64,000 nucleotides of DNA from Planctomycetota bacterium (GTDB taxonomy: Bacteria > Planctomycetota > UBA8108 > SXIK01), in NCBI GenBank assembly GCA_965223265.1, contig OZ244999.1, forward strand, positions 3,616,001 through 3,680,000. Reading direction: 5' to 3'. How positions within the stretch are numbered: the stretch's first letter is position 1; every line of letters begins with the position of its first letter. This document shows positions 19,417 to 28,467 of the stretch, piece by piece. The notes below the pieces were generated by a model that was given only the letters and a program-made list of their open reading frames with translations, ran no database searches and was not told the DNA's origin. Position numbers and translations under genes: made by a program.

Positions 19417-20841
19417 TCAGGCCGATAGATCAAAGTAATCGAGAATCGACGCGCGGATGTCGTCGCTCTGCACCAGCTCCACGATCTTGAGGAGGCGCTT
19501 GAGGTCTCGCGTTCTTTTGGCCGCGAGTTCGTTCGAATCGACTTCCTCGCTGCGCAGGGGACGAACGAAACGATATCGCCCCAGTTCGTGAGACGGTTCG
19601 ATGGCGCCGAGCTTTTCAAGCGCCGTGACGCAGTACTCGGCGCGACGGTCGCCACGATTTCTATGCACGATCGCATCGCGCAGCTCATCGATCGAAAGAT
19701 CCGAATACGGCGTAGACTCGAAGACATGCGAGGCCTGCAGCAGGAACTCGCCCCCCGGATTCATCCACTCGACGAATTCCTGTTGGATGGCCAAATCGGC
19801 TTCGTCATAGAGAAGTGTGCAGCGAGACGGCTTGCCATCTCGGCCTGCACGCCCAACTTCCTGATAGTACGCCTCGACAGACCCGGGAATCTGAGCGTGG
19901 ATGATATAGCGGATGTCGGCCTTGTCCACGCCCATGCCAAACGCGTTGGTGGCGAGGAGCATCAGACCATCGTCAGGGCGCGATCCCGTGAATCGATCGT
20001 AGACTCGCTTTTTCTCTGCCGGCGAGAGCTGACCGTGATAGATCGCGACGCGCCGAGAACCCCATCGCGGCCTGAGTTCCAGGGCGGCCTCCTCCATGTG
20101 CTTGATCAGTGAGAAGTAGACGATTCCCGTACCGCGGCAAGCGTCGGCGATTCGGCAAATTGAGTCCACCTTGTCGCCCGCCTGCCAAACGCGCTCGACT
20201 TCGAAGGAGAGGTTCGGGCGATCGATGCCAGATGCAAAGAGCGGAATCTCTTCTTCGGTAAGGCCGAGTGTGACGCGAATGTCATCACGTACAGAGGCGG
20301 TCGCGGTCGCGGTGAGCGCGACGGTGAGGGGCGAGCCCAGGACGCGGCGAAACTCACCGATTTCGTGATACGCGGGTCGAAAGTCATGCCCCCATTTCGT
20401 AATGCAGTGAGCCTCGTCGACCGCGAGGAGCTTGACGCCACCGGGAACACTGGAAACCGCCTCGACAAACTCGGGCTTGTGCATCCGCTCAGGAGTGACA
20501 TAGATCAGCTCGTACGCGCCTTCAGCCAGCCGACTGTAGCGCTTCAGCCGCGTCTCACGGTCGAGGGTGCTGTTGATGAACTCGGCGCGGATGTTTTTTT
20601 TCTTCAGCGCGGCAACCTGATCTTGCATAAGTGCGATCAACGGGCTGAAGACAACTGTGACACCCGTCGTTGGGAGTGCCAGGGCTGGAAGCTGGTAGCA
20701 GAGGCTCTTTCCTGATCCGGTCGGCATCACCACCAAGGCGTGACGACCGGCAAGAAGGTGATCGATGATCTGCTGCTGGAGTGGGTAGAGCCGCTGAAGT
20801 CCGAAACGTTGGCTCAAAATGGTCTGAGTCGCTGCATTCAC
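19417..20841 (-). CDS. RecQ family ATP-dependent DNA helicase (short, no HRDC domain)
   Basis: MPTGSGKSLCYQLP, VDEAHCI..WGHDFRP.Y, ALTATAT, ATNAFGMGVDK and YYQEVGRAGRDG motifs. Confidence 0.92.
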   Translation of the reverse strand: MNAATQTILSQRFGLQRLYPLQQQIIDHLLAGRHALVVMPTGSGKSLCYQLPALALPTTGVTVVFSPLIALMQDQVAALKKKNIRAEFINSTLDRETRLKRYSRLAEGAYELIYVTPERMHKPEFVEAVSSVPGGVKLLAVDEAHCITKWGHDFRPAYHEIGEFRRVLGSPLTVALTATATASVRDDIRVTLGLTEEEIPLFASGIDRPNLSFEVERVWQAGDKVDSICRIADACRGTGIVYFSLIKHMEEAALELRPRWGSRRVAIYHGQLSPAEKKRVYDRFTGSRPDDGLMLLATNAFGMGVDKADIRYIIHAQIPGSVEAYYQEVGRAGRDGKPSRCTLLYDEADLAIQQEFVEWMNPGGEFLLQASHVFESTPYSDLSIDELRDAIVHRNRGDRRAEYCVTALEKLGAIEPSHELGRYRFVRPLRSEEVDSNELAAKRTRDLKRLLKIVELVQSDDIRASILDYFDLSA

Positions 20842-20917
20842 GCCCGGAGTATATCATTCGCGGCGCGCGAAGCCAGAGCCCACGGGCTCGTCGACGGGCA
20901 CACCCCCGTCAAGGGGC

Positions 20918-21646
20918 TCACTCTTCAGGATGCAAATCGAGAGGCAACGACGAGACGGCAATGTCGCCGCCGAAGCACACCTCAACATCGCGGCCGGGGT
21001 CGCGCGGACGGTTGTGGTAGTCACCTGAATAAGTGGCGACAAAGTGTCTCTCGCCTGACTGTGGCTCGATGGCGAACCGCACGCTGAGCGGCTGCGTGTC
21101 CACGGCGCAGAAGCGCAGCTCCGGCTTAGGCGCGTCGCCGCCGACGTGGGGGAGATTCACGTTCCAGAAAGTGCCCTCGCGGCGTTCCCGAGCCAACAGG
21201 AGACGCAACACGCGCGCGGTCAATTCTGCAGAGCGTTCCCAATCAATCGTCAGATCTGGCCTCAGGTACTGAGAGAGTGCGATCGAAGGGCGGGCGAGCA
21301 ATGCGGCCTCTCGTGCCGCGGCTACGGTACCCGAGACGTACGTATCAGCGCCAAGGTTGCCGCCGCTGTTGATCCCAGCGATGACAATGTCGGCGTCGGG
21401 CGCGACGTGGGTGAGTGCTACGCGGGCGCAGTCAACCGGCGTGCCGTCGACGGAATACCAGTTTTCGGTGTGGTGCTTGACGTCGATCGGGCGGTGGGTC
21501 GTGCAGGCGTGACCGACGCCCGACTGGGGAGTTCGCGGCGCGACGACGACGCAGCTTCCGAATTCCTGGCAAACGCTAAAGAGCGCTGCGAGCCCTGGCG
21601 CCTGCATGCCATCGTCGTTCGTCAGCAGCAGTTTGAGTCCAGACAC
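20918..21646 (-). CDS. surE: 5'/3'-nucleotidase SurE
   Basis: LLTNDDG, VAP...QSG, GTPVDC and GIN.G.N.G....SGTVAAA.EA motifs. Confidence 0.93.
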   Translation of the reverse strand: MSGLKLLLTNDDGMQAPGLAALFSVCQEFGSCVVVAPRTPQSGVGHACTTHRPIDVKHHTENWYSVDGTPVDCARVALTHVAPDADIVIAGINSGGNLGADTYVSGTVAAAREAALLARPSIALSQYLRPDLTIDWERSAELTARVLRLLLARERREGTFWNVNLPHVGGDAPKPELRFCAVDTQPLSVRFAIEPQSGERHFVATYSGDYHNRPRDPGRDVEVCFGGDIAVSSLPLDLHPEE

Positions 21647-21858
21647 GTCGTAGGCGGCTCCAAAGCTATGGCGCGATCGCAGAGTTCATCGACAGGATCA
21701 GACCAACGCGGTCTCCACGATCACTCAACTGTGAAAGCATACCGCTGCGCAGCCCAAGATTCCTCTACTGCATGCCGACCGGGCGGCGAACCCAGTTGAG
21801 TAGCACCTCCGTCGCGCGAGCTGTGGAATCACGTCGCCGCGGCCGTCGGCGCTGAACT

Positions 21859-22062
21859 TCAGGTGAGCTGCGGAACGCGATCCTCGACCGACTCGGCGGA
21901 AACGTGATCGTCTGAAATCTCCTGGAGACCCCGAATCAATTCATGGACGTGTCTCTTGGGCAAGCAAGCGTGCGCGTATTGCAGGATATCTTCGACTCGC
22001 ACGCCCATTTCCTCCATCGCCACAGCGATGTCGCAATTGCAGTCAAAACGAGGGGCTTCCAT
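21859..22062 (-). CDS. Small hypothetical protein (67 aa), acidic with Cys/His residues
   Basis: ATG start with GGAG RBS about 6 nt upstream; fills an intergenic gap; composition looks globular rather than Arg/Ser-rich like the shadow ORFs. Confidence 0.55.
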   Translation of the reverse strand: MEAPRFDCNCDIAVAMEEMGVRVEDILQYAHACLPKRHVHELIRGLQEISDDHVSAESVEDRVPQLT

Positions 22063-22291
22063 GATGGTCTCCGCAAGGTGTTGATTCCCTCTCCGTAGAG
22101 ACTATCGGTCAGTCACCCCTCGGTGCTTGGGTCGAACCTCACGCCAGGATGGTCCGAAAAGCTTAAGATCCTCACTCCTTCTCACTTCCCGGCGTGCAAA
22201 TGTCCGCAGGAAGGTGTCGGATCTCTGGTTCCTGTCGCATGTGGCAGGCAAGTGTGCTCGGAGAGAGCAATCGCAAGCAAGAAGCAACGGT

Positions 22292-22322
22292 ACTTAAGAT
22301 GAGGAACTTAAGATGAGGAACT
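22292..22322. repeat. Tandem duplication of a 14-bp unit
   Basis: ACTTAAGATGAGGA ACTTAAGATGAGGA ACT. Confidence 0.8.
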
Positions 22323-22346
22323 GAACGAAGCGAAAAAAAGCGGTAG

Positions 22347-23525
22347 TCAAACTTCGTCTTCCCGCAACCGCTCCCTCGCCTTGGCCGCCCAAGTGCTCCG
22401 GGGATCGAGACGCAGATACGCCCGCCAATGATGAGCGGCCTCGCTCTTGCGGCCACTCTGTGACAAGCACTCCGCGAGGTTGAAGTGAGCGTCTGCGTAC
22501 CCTGCCTCAATCGATAGCGCCCGCTGATAGGCCTCGATCGCTTTCTCCGTGTCGCCGAGATCGGCCCGTGTGTTGCCGAGGTTGTTCCACGCTTCGATGA
22601 ACTCCGGATCAAGCTCGATCGCCTGCAAGAACCGCTCAATCGCTTGTTCCTTGCGCCGCAGCGCATACAGCACATTGCCCAAGTTGAAACAGAGCTCGGG
22701 TGTGGGGCGCAGCAGCGCCAGTGCCTGGCGGTATGACTCTTCCGCCTCCTCGAGTCGTCCCAACTCTTCACAGTCGAGTCCACGCTCAAACCACTCATCG
22801 CCACTGCGCGGCGCCGGCCGTTTAAGCGAAGCGCTCTCTGTTTCGCCACTGCCGAACAGGTCTGGGAATGGAAAATAGAGTTGCCCCGTCGCGTCCGCAA
22901 CGAGCTCCTCGTCGATTCGAATGAGCACGTTTCGCTCGTCGCCGAGCCGCGTCAAGTTCACCATCGCCCCGCGCGCGCCCGGCAGCCATGACTCGAGCGC
23001 GCTGAGGCTGGCTCGAACACGGTCGACAGGCACGCCCGCTTGAATCAAATCCCACAGCGCCTTGGCCGACGCGACCTCGCGAAAGTCGAAGTAAGCCAAT
23101 CGGTGCACCGTCTTCGCAGGCTGCAGAAGACCGGCTCGCATCCAACGGCGCAGGCGGTCGCGCGAAACGCCCAGCAGGCGCACCAGCTGCGCCATCGTGT
23201 AATGTTGGTCGACCTGAGCCTGCTCCGCCCCGACCGTGAGCCGCGACAGAAACTCCTGCTCGCGCCAGACCTCGAGCTTGTGCCCCGCCCCCTGAAGCTC
23301 GCGGGCGCGCTCAAGACTGCGGGACACTCTGCCGTCGCTTGCCAGCGGCAAGCCATGGTCACCGACAACGAGCACGTCGGTTTGGCGACTTGGATAAGCG
23401 ACGACACGACCGCCAGCCTCTGCCACCGCTGCAGCGGCCTCCGTCTGCGTCATCGCAAACATCCGACCGGTGAAAGCCAGCGTCCGCCCACGCAGCTGAT
23501 CAAGGTTTACGGCCGCTTCAACCAC
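22347..23525 (-). CDS. BRCT + MerR-type HTH + TPR repeat protein
   Basis: BRCT: LRGRTLAFTGRM...AEAGGRV....SRQTDVLVVGD...VWREQEFL. HTH: YTMAQLVRLLGVSRDRLRRWMRAGLLQP. About four TPRs (FNLGNVLY, AWNNLGN, AHFNLA). Confidence 0.85.
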   Translation of the reverse strand: MVEAAVNLDQLRGRTLAFTGRMFAMTQTEAAAAVAEAGGRVVAYPSRQTDVLVVGDHGLPLASDGRVSRSLERARELQGAGHKLEVWREQEFLSRLTVGAEQAQVDQHYTMAQLVRLLGVSRDRLRRWMRAGLLQPAKTVHRLAYFDFREVASAKALWDLIQAGVPVDRVRASLSALESWLPGARGAMVNLTRLGDERNVLIRIDEELVADATGQLYFPFPDLFGSGETESASLKRPAPRSGDEWFERGLDCEELGRLEEAEESYRQALALLRPTPELCFNLGNVLYALRRKEQAIERFLQAIELDPEFIEAWNNLGNTRADLGDTEKAIEAYQRALSIEAGYADAHFNLAECLSQSGRKSEAAHHWRAYLRLDPRSTWAAKARERLREDEV

Positions 23526-23531
23526 TCGTTC

Positions 23532-24446
23532 TCACTCCACCCAGTATCGCTCGAAGACAGGTCCACGTAGCAGTCCCTTCGAGCTGCGCTCGAGGTAGCT
23601 TACTTTACAGTAGACGCCCGGCTCGACCCAGTGAGCAGCCAGGGCACAAGGCACGATGGGTTTAGCGCGATGCCGCGATTTCAGCAAACTAAAAAGCTCT
23701 TCGCGGGATTTCTCACGCAAACCCGAGCCGACTTTGCCAACGTAACGCAGCTCGCCCGCATCGCCAACAGCCGCGAGTGCGAGGCTCCGAAACTCATTCT
23801 CTCGAGTGAGGTACCCGATCACGACACAGTTTAGCGAGCGCCGCGGCTTCACCTTCACCCAGGCGTCGCTGCGCTGCCCAGGCGTGTAAGTACTCGTCAA
23901 ACGCTTTGCGACCATGCCTTCGAGTCCCTTTTGACACACCGCGTCGAAGAATTTGACGCCATCGCCGACCACGCCGTCGGAAAAAACGAGACGCACATCT
24001 CCTCCAAGCTTGACGACCTCCTCAAGCGTCTTTCGCCGCGCAGTGAGTGGCTCGCGCAGGAGCGGTCGAAATCGATCGTAGAGTTGATCGAACACAACAA
24101 AGGTCGCCGGGTACTCCAGGGCACCCGCCTGCCAGCGTAGGGGGCTTCTAGCCTGCTCGCGCGAAAGCAGACACTCAAAGTCAGGCTTGCCGTTTCGTAG
24201 AACGATCACCTCACCGTCGAGCACTGTCCCTGGCGGCAGCTCTGCGAACGACTCGAACTCAGGGTAACGCTCAGTGAGCTCACGTTGGCGCCGATTGACG
24301 AGTCGGTACCCGTCCGACTCGACAAACAGAAGCGCGCGGGTGCCGTCCCACTTGACCTCGAAAAGGTGCTCCGGTGAGTCGAATGGTTCGCCTGGCTGCG
24401 CGAGCATCGGCGCAATGAACTCAGGCAAACGTTGCCGCGGGGTCAC
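23532..24446 (-). CDS. ATP-dependent DNA ligase (LigD-type ligase domain only)
   Basis: PMLA, EVKWDG (active-site Lys), VLDGEV, FVVFD, EGMVAK, Y.PG.RS..WVKVK, YVGKVGSG and LRGPVF. No polymerase or phosphoesterase domain. Confidence 0.9.
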   Translation of the reverse strand: MTPRQRLPEFIAPMLAQPGEPFDSPEHLFEVKWDGTRALLFVESDGYRLVNRRQRELTERYPEFESFAELPPGTVLDGEVIVLRNGKPDFECLLSREQARSPLRWQAGALEYPATFVVFDQLYDRFRPLLREPLTARRKTLEEVVKLGGDVRLVFSDGVVGDGVKFFDAVCQKGLEGMVAKRLTSTYTPGQRSDAWVKVKPRRSLNCVVIGYLTRENEFRSLALAAVGDAGELRYVGKVGSGLREKSREELFSLLKSRHRAKPIVPCALAAHWVEPGVYCKVSYLERSSKGLLRGPVFERYWVE

Positions 24447-24466
24447 AGAACGTCCCTACTCGCGTC

Positions 24467-25375
24467 TTAGCCAGATTTCTTCTTCGATTTCTTCGCCTGA
24501 CTACGTTTCGCGGTGCTGGGCGCCATTTTCTTAGCGCTGCTCTTGGATGCGGAGACCTTCTTCTTCGCCGTCGTCGATTTCGCTGCACCGGTCGTCTCGA
24601 CGTTCGCGACACTCTGCTTCAGTGCATCCATCAGCTCAATGATCTGTGGCTCCTCGGTTTGCGGCGCTTCGACGATCTGCTTGCCTGCCACCTTTGCCTC
24701 GATGAGTTCAGTCAACTGTTCGACGTAGGCGTTGCGATATTGTGACAGGTCCAGTTCTTCCTGAGTCGTAGCATCCACAAGAGTCTCGGTGAGGACAACT
24801 TCGTCCTCCGCCACGTCGAGCTCGGAGACTTCGTCATCGAAAATGCTCGCGTCCTTGACGTCTGAGGCATACGACAACACACTGGCCGCAAGCAACTTCT
24901 CAAGCGGACGCACCCAAACGATCTGCTCCTTGTTCGACAGCACGATTTTGGCAAGAGCAGCGACGCCTTTTTCTTCCATGACGTGCCGTAGCAAAGCGTA
25001 AGCTTTTTGTCCGACCGGACCATCGGGCACCAGATAGTACGTACGTCCGGAGTAGTAAGAGGGATCGAGCGCATCTGCCGGATAGAACGCCTCGATCTGG
25101 ATCGCCTTGTCGCTTTGACGCCGCAGCTTGGCAAGCTCCTCAGGTTCGATGACGACGTATTGTCCCTTCGCATATTGATACCCGGAGACAATCTCGTCAC
25201 TCTGCAGCTCTCCGTGATTCGGGCAAACCTTGCGGTACTTGATGGGACTGTTGCAGTCCTTGTGCAGCTGGTTGAGACGGATCTCGCTGCCTGTCGCATG
25301 CGCAGTGAATGCCTTGACGGGAACGGAGACAAGGCTCAGCCGTAGGAATCCCTTCCAACTCGATCGTGGTGCCAT
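24467..25375 (-). CDS. ku: Non-homologous end joining protein Ku
   Basis: WKGFLRLSLVSVPVK, IVSGYQY, YYLVPD...KAYALL, IIELMDALKQSV and a Lys/Ser/Ala-rich basic tail. Confidence 0.95.
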   Translation of the reverse strand: MAPRSSWKGFLRLSLVSVPVKAFTAHATGSEIRLNQLHKDCNSPIKYRKVCPNHGELQSDEIVSGYQYAKGQYVVIEPEELAKLRRQSDKAIQIEAFYPADALDPSYYSGRTYYLVPDGPVGQKAYALLRHVMEEKGVAALAKIVLSNKEQIVWVRPLEKLLAASVLSYASDVKDASIFDDEVSELDVAEDEVVLTETLVDATTQEELDLSQYRNAYVEQLTELIEAKVAGKQIVEAPQTEEPQIIELMDALKQSVANVETTGAAKSTTAKKKVSASKSSAKKMAPSTAKRSQAKKSKKKSG

Positions 25376-25841
25376 GACGATCCCTCTCGCGGAGTGTTCT
25401 GAAGACTACGGGCGGACGCAAGAGTGAGCGGCCATTCCCGGTCGACCACGGACGTCCGAAGAAACGTCCGGTAACGCCAACGTCTATAGAGATTGGCGAA
25501 ACGTATATCGGCAGTCCACCTCTTCCTCTGTAGTTTTCTCGTCTCGACGGCGAGGTCAGAGAGTCGCCATGACAGTGTAGCGATCCTTTTTGCTACCGGG
25601 ACAACCTGCGAGTCACCGCGCCCACAAGACGACTCGGCTCGAGGATTCGTGACGTTTGGCAATCGCCGGACACGCCGGCCAGCGCCGCACGTTGCCACAG
25701 CAGAAATCATTGACAGACGCACGAGCTGGAGTGGAACCGTCCCTCAGCCTACCGTATTCTGAGTCCTCACGAACGATCCACCGCGGCCTCGCTGGCTCGA
25801 CGATCGTCCCAAGCCAACTGAGTAACATGAGGGAACGAGGA

Positions 25842-26936
25842 ATGCAGAAAAACAAGTCAACTCGCCTGCTTCGAGCGGATCGCGAGCGTCCCACAAACCG
25901 CCGTCAGTTTCTTCGCGCGGGCGGTGCCGCCGTCCTCAGCGCCTCCCTCTCACCGACGATTCTCGGAGCCGCGCGAAGATCGAGCGACACTGACGTCGTG
26001 ATCGGCTCCGGTGAGCATAAGTATGTCGTCGATCACAACTGGGGCAAGTTACCTGCGAACGTGATCTGGGGGGACACCCACGGTGTCGCGGTCGATGCTG
26101 CGGGCTTGATCTATATCAAGCATCGTGCGACGACTGAGAAGCCGTTGGACGCGATCGTCGTCTTCGACCCGGATGGCAACGCGGTTCGCTCGTTCGGCAA
26201 GGAATATCATCGCGGCGGTCACGGCATCGATGTCCGCAATGAAAATGGAGAAGAATTCCTCTATCTATCCGATGTCTACAATCGCCAAGTCGTCAAGACA
26301 TCACTGACCGGCGAACAAGTGTGGCGCATCGAAGCGCCACCTGAGCCTGGGGTGTATGGGGTGAACGCGATCTTTCGTCCTACCAATATTGCGTTTGCAC
26401 CCGACGGCGGGTTTTACATCGGTGACGGCTACGGATCGCACTACATCCACCAGTACGACAAAGATGCCAGCTGGGTGCGCACGTGGGGTGGTGTTGGAAG
26501 TCAACCGGGACAAATGAAGACACCGCACGGAATGTGGCTCGACGATCGCCCCGGTCGCACGCCGTCGATCGTCGTGGCCGACCGCGCCAACGCTCGGCTG
26601 CAGTACTTTTCGCTCACCGGCGAACACCTTGGATTCGTGGACGACGTCAGCTTTCCGGCGGACATCGACATCGCCGGCGACAAGATGCTTGTTCCGGATC
26701 TCCACGCACGCGTTTCGATCTTCGACAAGGACAACCAGCCGATCATCCATCTCGGCTATGACCCGGAGTGGACCAAGACGGTCCTCGACGGATTCAAGCT
26801 ACGTCGTGAGCCAAAACGCTGGCAGGCCGGAAAGTTCATCCATCCACATGATGCTTGCTTCGACAAGGACGGAAACATCTTCGTCGTCGAGTGGGTGCCG
26901 ACAGGGCGAGTCACGAAGCTCACTCGAGTGAGCTGA
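25842..26936 (+). CDS. Tat-exported NHL-repeat beta-propeller protein (PAL-like)
   Basis: NRRQFL twin-arginine signal; THGVAVD, PTNIAFAPDG.FYIGDGYG, TPHG, VADRAN.RLQ and HPHD repeats. Start moved to the ATG at 25842 (GAGG RBS). Confidence 0.82.
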   Translation: MQKNKSTRLLRADRERPTNRRQFLRAGGAAVLSASLSPTILGAARRSSDTDVVIGSGEHKYVVDHNWGKLPANVIWGDTHGVAVDAAGLIYIKHRATTEKPLDAIVVFDPDGNAVRSFGKEYHRGGHGIDVRNENGEEFLYLSDVYNRQVVKTSLTGEQVWRIEAPPEPGVYGVNAIFRPTNIAFAPDGGFYIGDGYGSHYIHQYDKDASWVRTWGGVGSQPGQMKTPHGMWLDDRPGRTPSIVVADRANARLQYFSLTGEHLGFVDDVSFPADIDIAGDKMLVPDLHARVSIFDKDNQPIIHLGYDPEWTKTVLDGFKLRREPKRWQAGKFIHPHDACFDKDGNIFVVEWVPTGRVTKLTRVS

Positions 26937-26959
26937 GCAGGATGCATCGGTGAGCAAAC

Positions 26960-28087
26960 ATGAAGATAGACCGAGTCGAAGTTCGCGTCGTCGGCCCCAA
27001 GGTGAAGAGATACACCTGGTCGCACGACATTCCCGAACAGTACATGACCAACACGATCGTGCGGATCTTCACCGACTCTGGAGCCGAAGGTCTTGGGGCG
27101 GTCGCCAACTACACCTCCTTTGACTACGATCGCTACACGGCTGAAACGCTTCGCCATCTCATTCCGCTGCTGATCGGCTGTGACCCGTTCGAGCGCGAAA
27201 CGATCCAGCGACGACTCTGGCCGCGCGTCTTTCCACCGACCCCGGGTGCGCTGGCAGCAATCGACATCTCCCTGTGGGATCTTTTCGGCCGCGTCGCGAA
27301 CCAGCCGCTCTATCAGCTCCTGGGAGGTGCCCGCAACCGCATTCAGTCGTACGCTAGCACGCCGATGTTCGAAGACGTCGCGTCTTACTTGCGATTTGTC
27401 GACGAGATGGTGGCCGCTGGATTCCGCGCCATAAAATTTCACACGTGGTGCGTTCCCGAGCGCGACCTCGAACTCTCGCGCGCAGTTCGGCGCGAGCATC
27501 CGAGCGGCGTCGAGTTCATGCTCGACGTCGAAAACAACTACGATCGTGAGAGCGCGCTGCGGGCCGCCCGCGAGCTGGAGGAACTCCACTTCACATGGTT
27601 CGAAGCGCCGCTCTTTGACTACGACCTCGAGGGCTACCGGCAATTGACGAGCGCGGTGAACATTCCAATTCTGCCGTCCGGCAACTGGCTACAGGACCTC
27701 CCGGCGTTCGCCCATGCGCTCAACACGAAGGCATGGACTCGAGCCCGCACTGATGTCACGATGCTTGGCGGCATTACCGGCGTGCGCAAGGCGATGGCTC
27801 TCGCCGAAGCAGCCGACATGCGCTGCGAGATCATGTCCTGGGGTTATACGTTGGTGTCGGCGGCCAACCTCCACATCATGCTCGGATCCGATCGCTGCTC
27901 TTTCTATGAACAGGCGGTACCGTACGATGCGTACGAGTACGGCATGAACGACGTGATCCGCACCGATTCCGACGGCTACGTGACAGCTCCGACTGGCCCG
28001 GGTCTTGGCGTCGAAGTCGATTGGAAAGCGATGGAGGCTGCGACGATTCACACGATAGTGTGCGACGGTTCCACCAAGAGCGTGTGA
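26960..28087 (+). CDS. Mandelate racemase/muconate lactonizing enzyme (enolase superfamily) protein
   Basis: AIDISLWDL.G....PLYQLLGG, YAS, GFRAIKFH, MLD, WFEAP and P.GPGLG motifs. Confidence 0.9.
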   Translation: MKIDRVEVRVVGPKVKRYTWSHDIPEQYMTNTIVRIFTDSGAEGLGAVANYTSFDYDRYTAETLRHLIPLLIGCDPFERETIQRRLWPRVFPPTPGALAAIDISLWDLFGRVANQPLYQLLGGARNRIQSYASTPMFEDVASYLRFVDEMVAAGFRAIKFHTWCVPERDLELSRAVRREHPSGVEFMLDVENNYDRESALRAARELEELHFTWFEAPLFDYDLEGYRQLTSAVNIPILPSGNWLQDLPAFAHALNTKAWTRARTDVTMLGGITGVRKAMALAEAADMRCEIMSWGYTLVSAANLHIMLGSDRCSFYEQAVPYDAYEYGMNDVIRTDSDGYVTAPTGPGLGVEVDWKAMEAATIHTIVCDGSTKSV

Positions 28088-28327
28088 TCAACGACAGCTG
28101 GGGCAGCATTCGTCGTCTCACCTCGAGTTTGGCCATCCGGTGCACCCAAAGTGACAGGCACACATCGTGTGTCTGTCACGGTCCGGACGGCACACGGCGT
28201 GTGCCTACTACTTTAAAGAGACGTCCCACGCTCACGCTCACGGATATTACGGACGTCCGGTCGGCCCACAGGAGTGTGCCTGCTACCACAAACTTGCTCG
28301 GGAGAGCAAGAAGTGCGAAAGGCCTCT

Positions 28328-28421
28328 CAGCCCCGCTGAACTTGTCCGACGCGGCTCGCGGCGGCTGAGCTGGGCGTGAAGGGGCCAGATTCTCAGCCGA
28401 ATGGTTTTTTCAGACGGGCTG
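28328..28421. mobile_element. Degenerate copy of the 13349-13507 MITE
   Basis: GAGCTGGGCGTGAAGGGGCCAGATTCTCAGCCGAATGGTTTTTTCAGACGGGCTG followed by CTAG matches the right arm of the MITE; the left end is degraded. Confidence 0.7.
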
Positions 28422-28467
28422 CTAGCTAACCCCCACGACACGCCACGAACAAGGCGACGCAAGCACT

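Noticed and set aside
22292-22322. Tandem repeat as a CRISPR remnant
   Set aside because: Only two adjacent 14-bp units, no spacers and no cas genes.
25400-25445. Possible ECF-type promoter (GGAAT-N15-CGTC, - strand) upstream of ku
   Set aside because: Weak match and spacing; expected by chance in GC-rich DNA.
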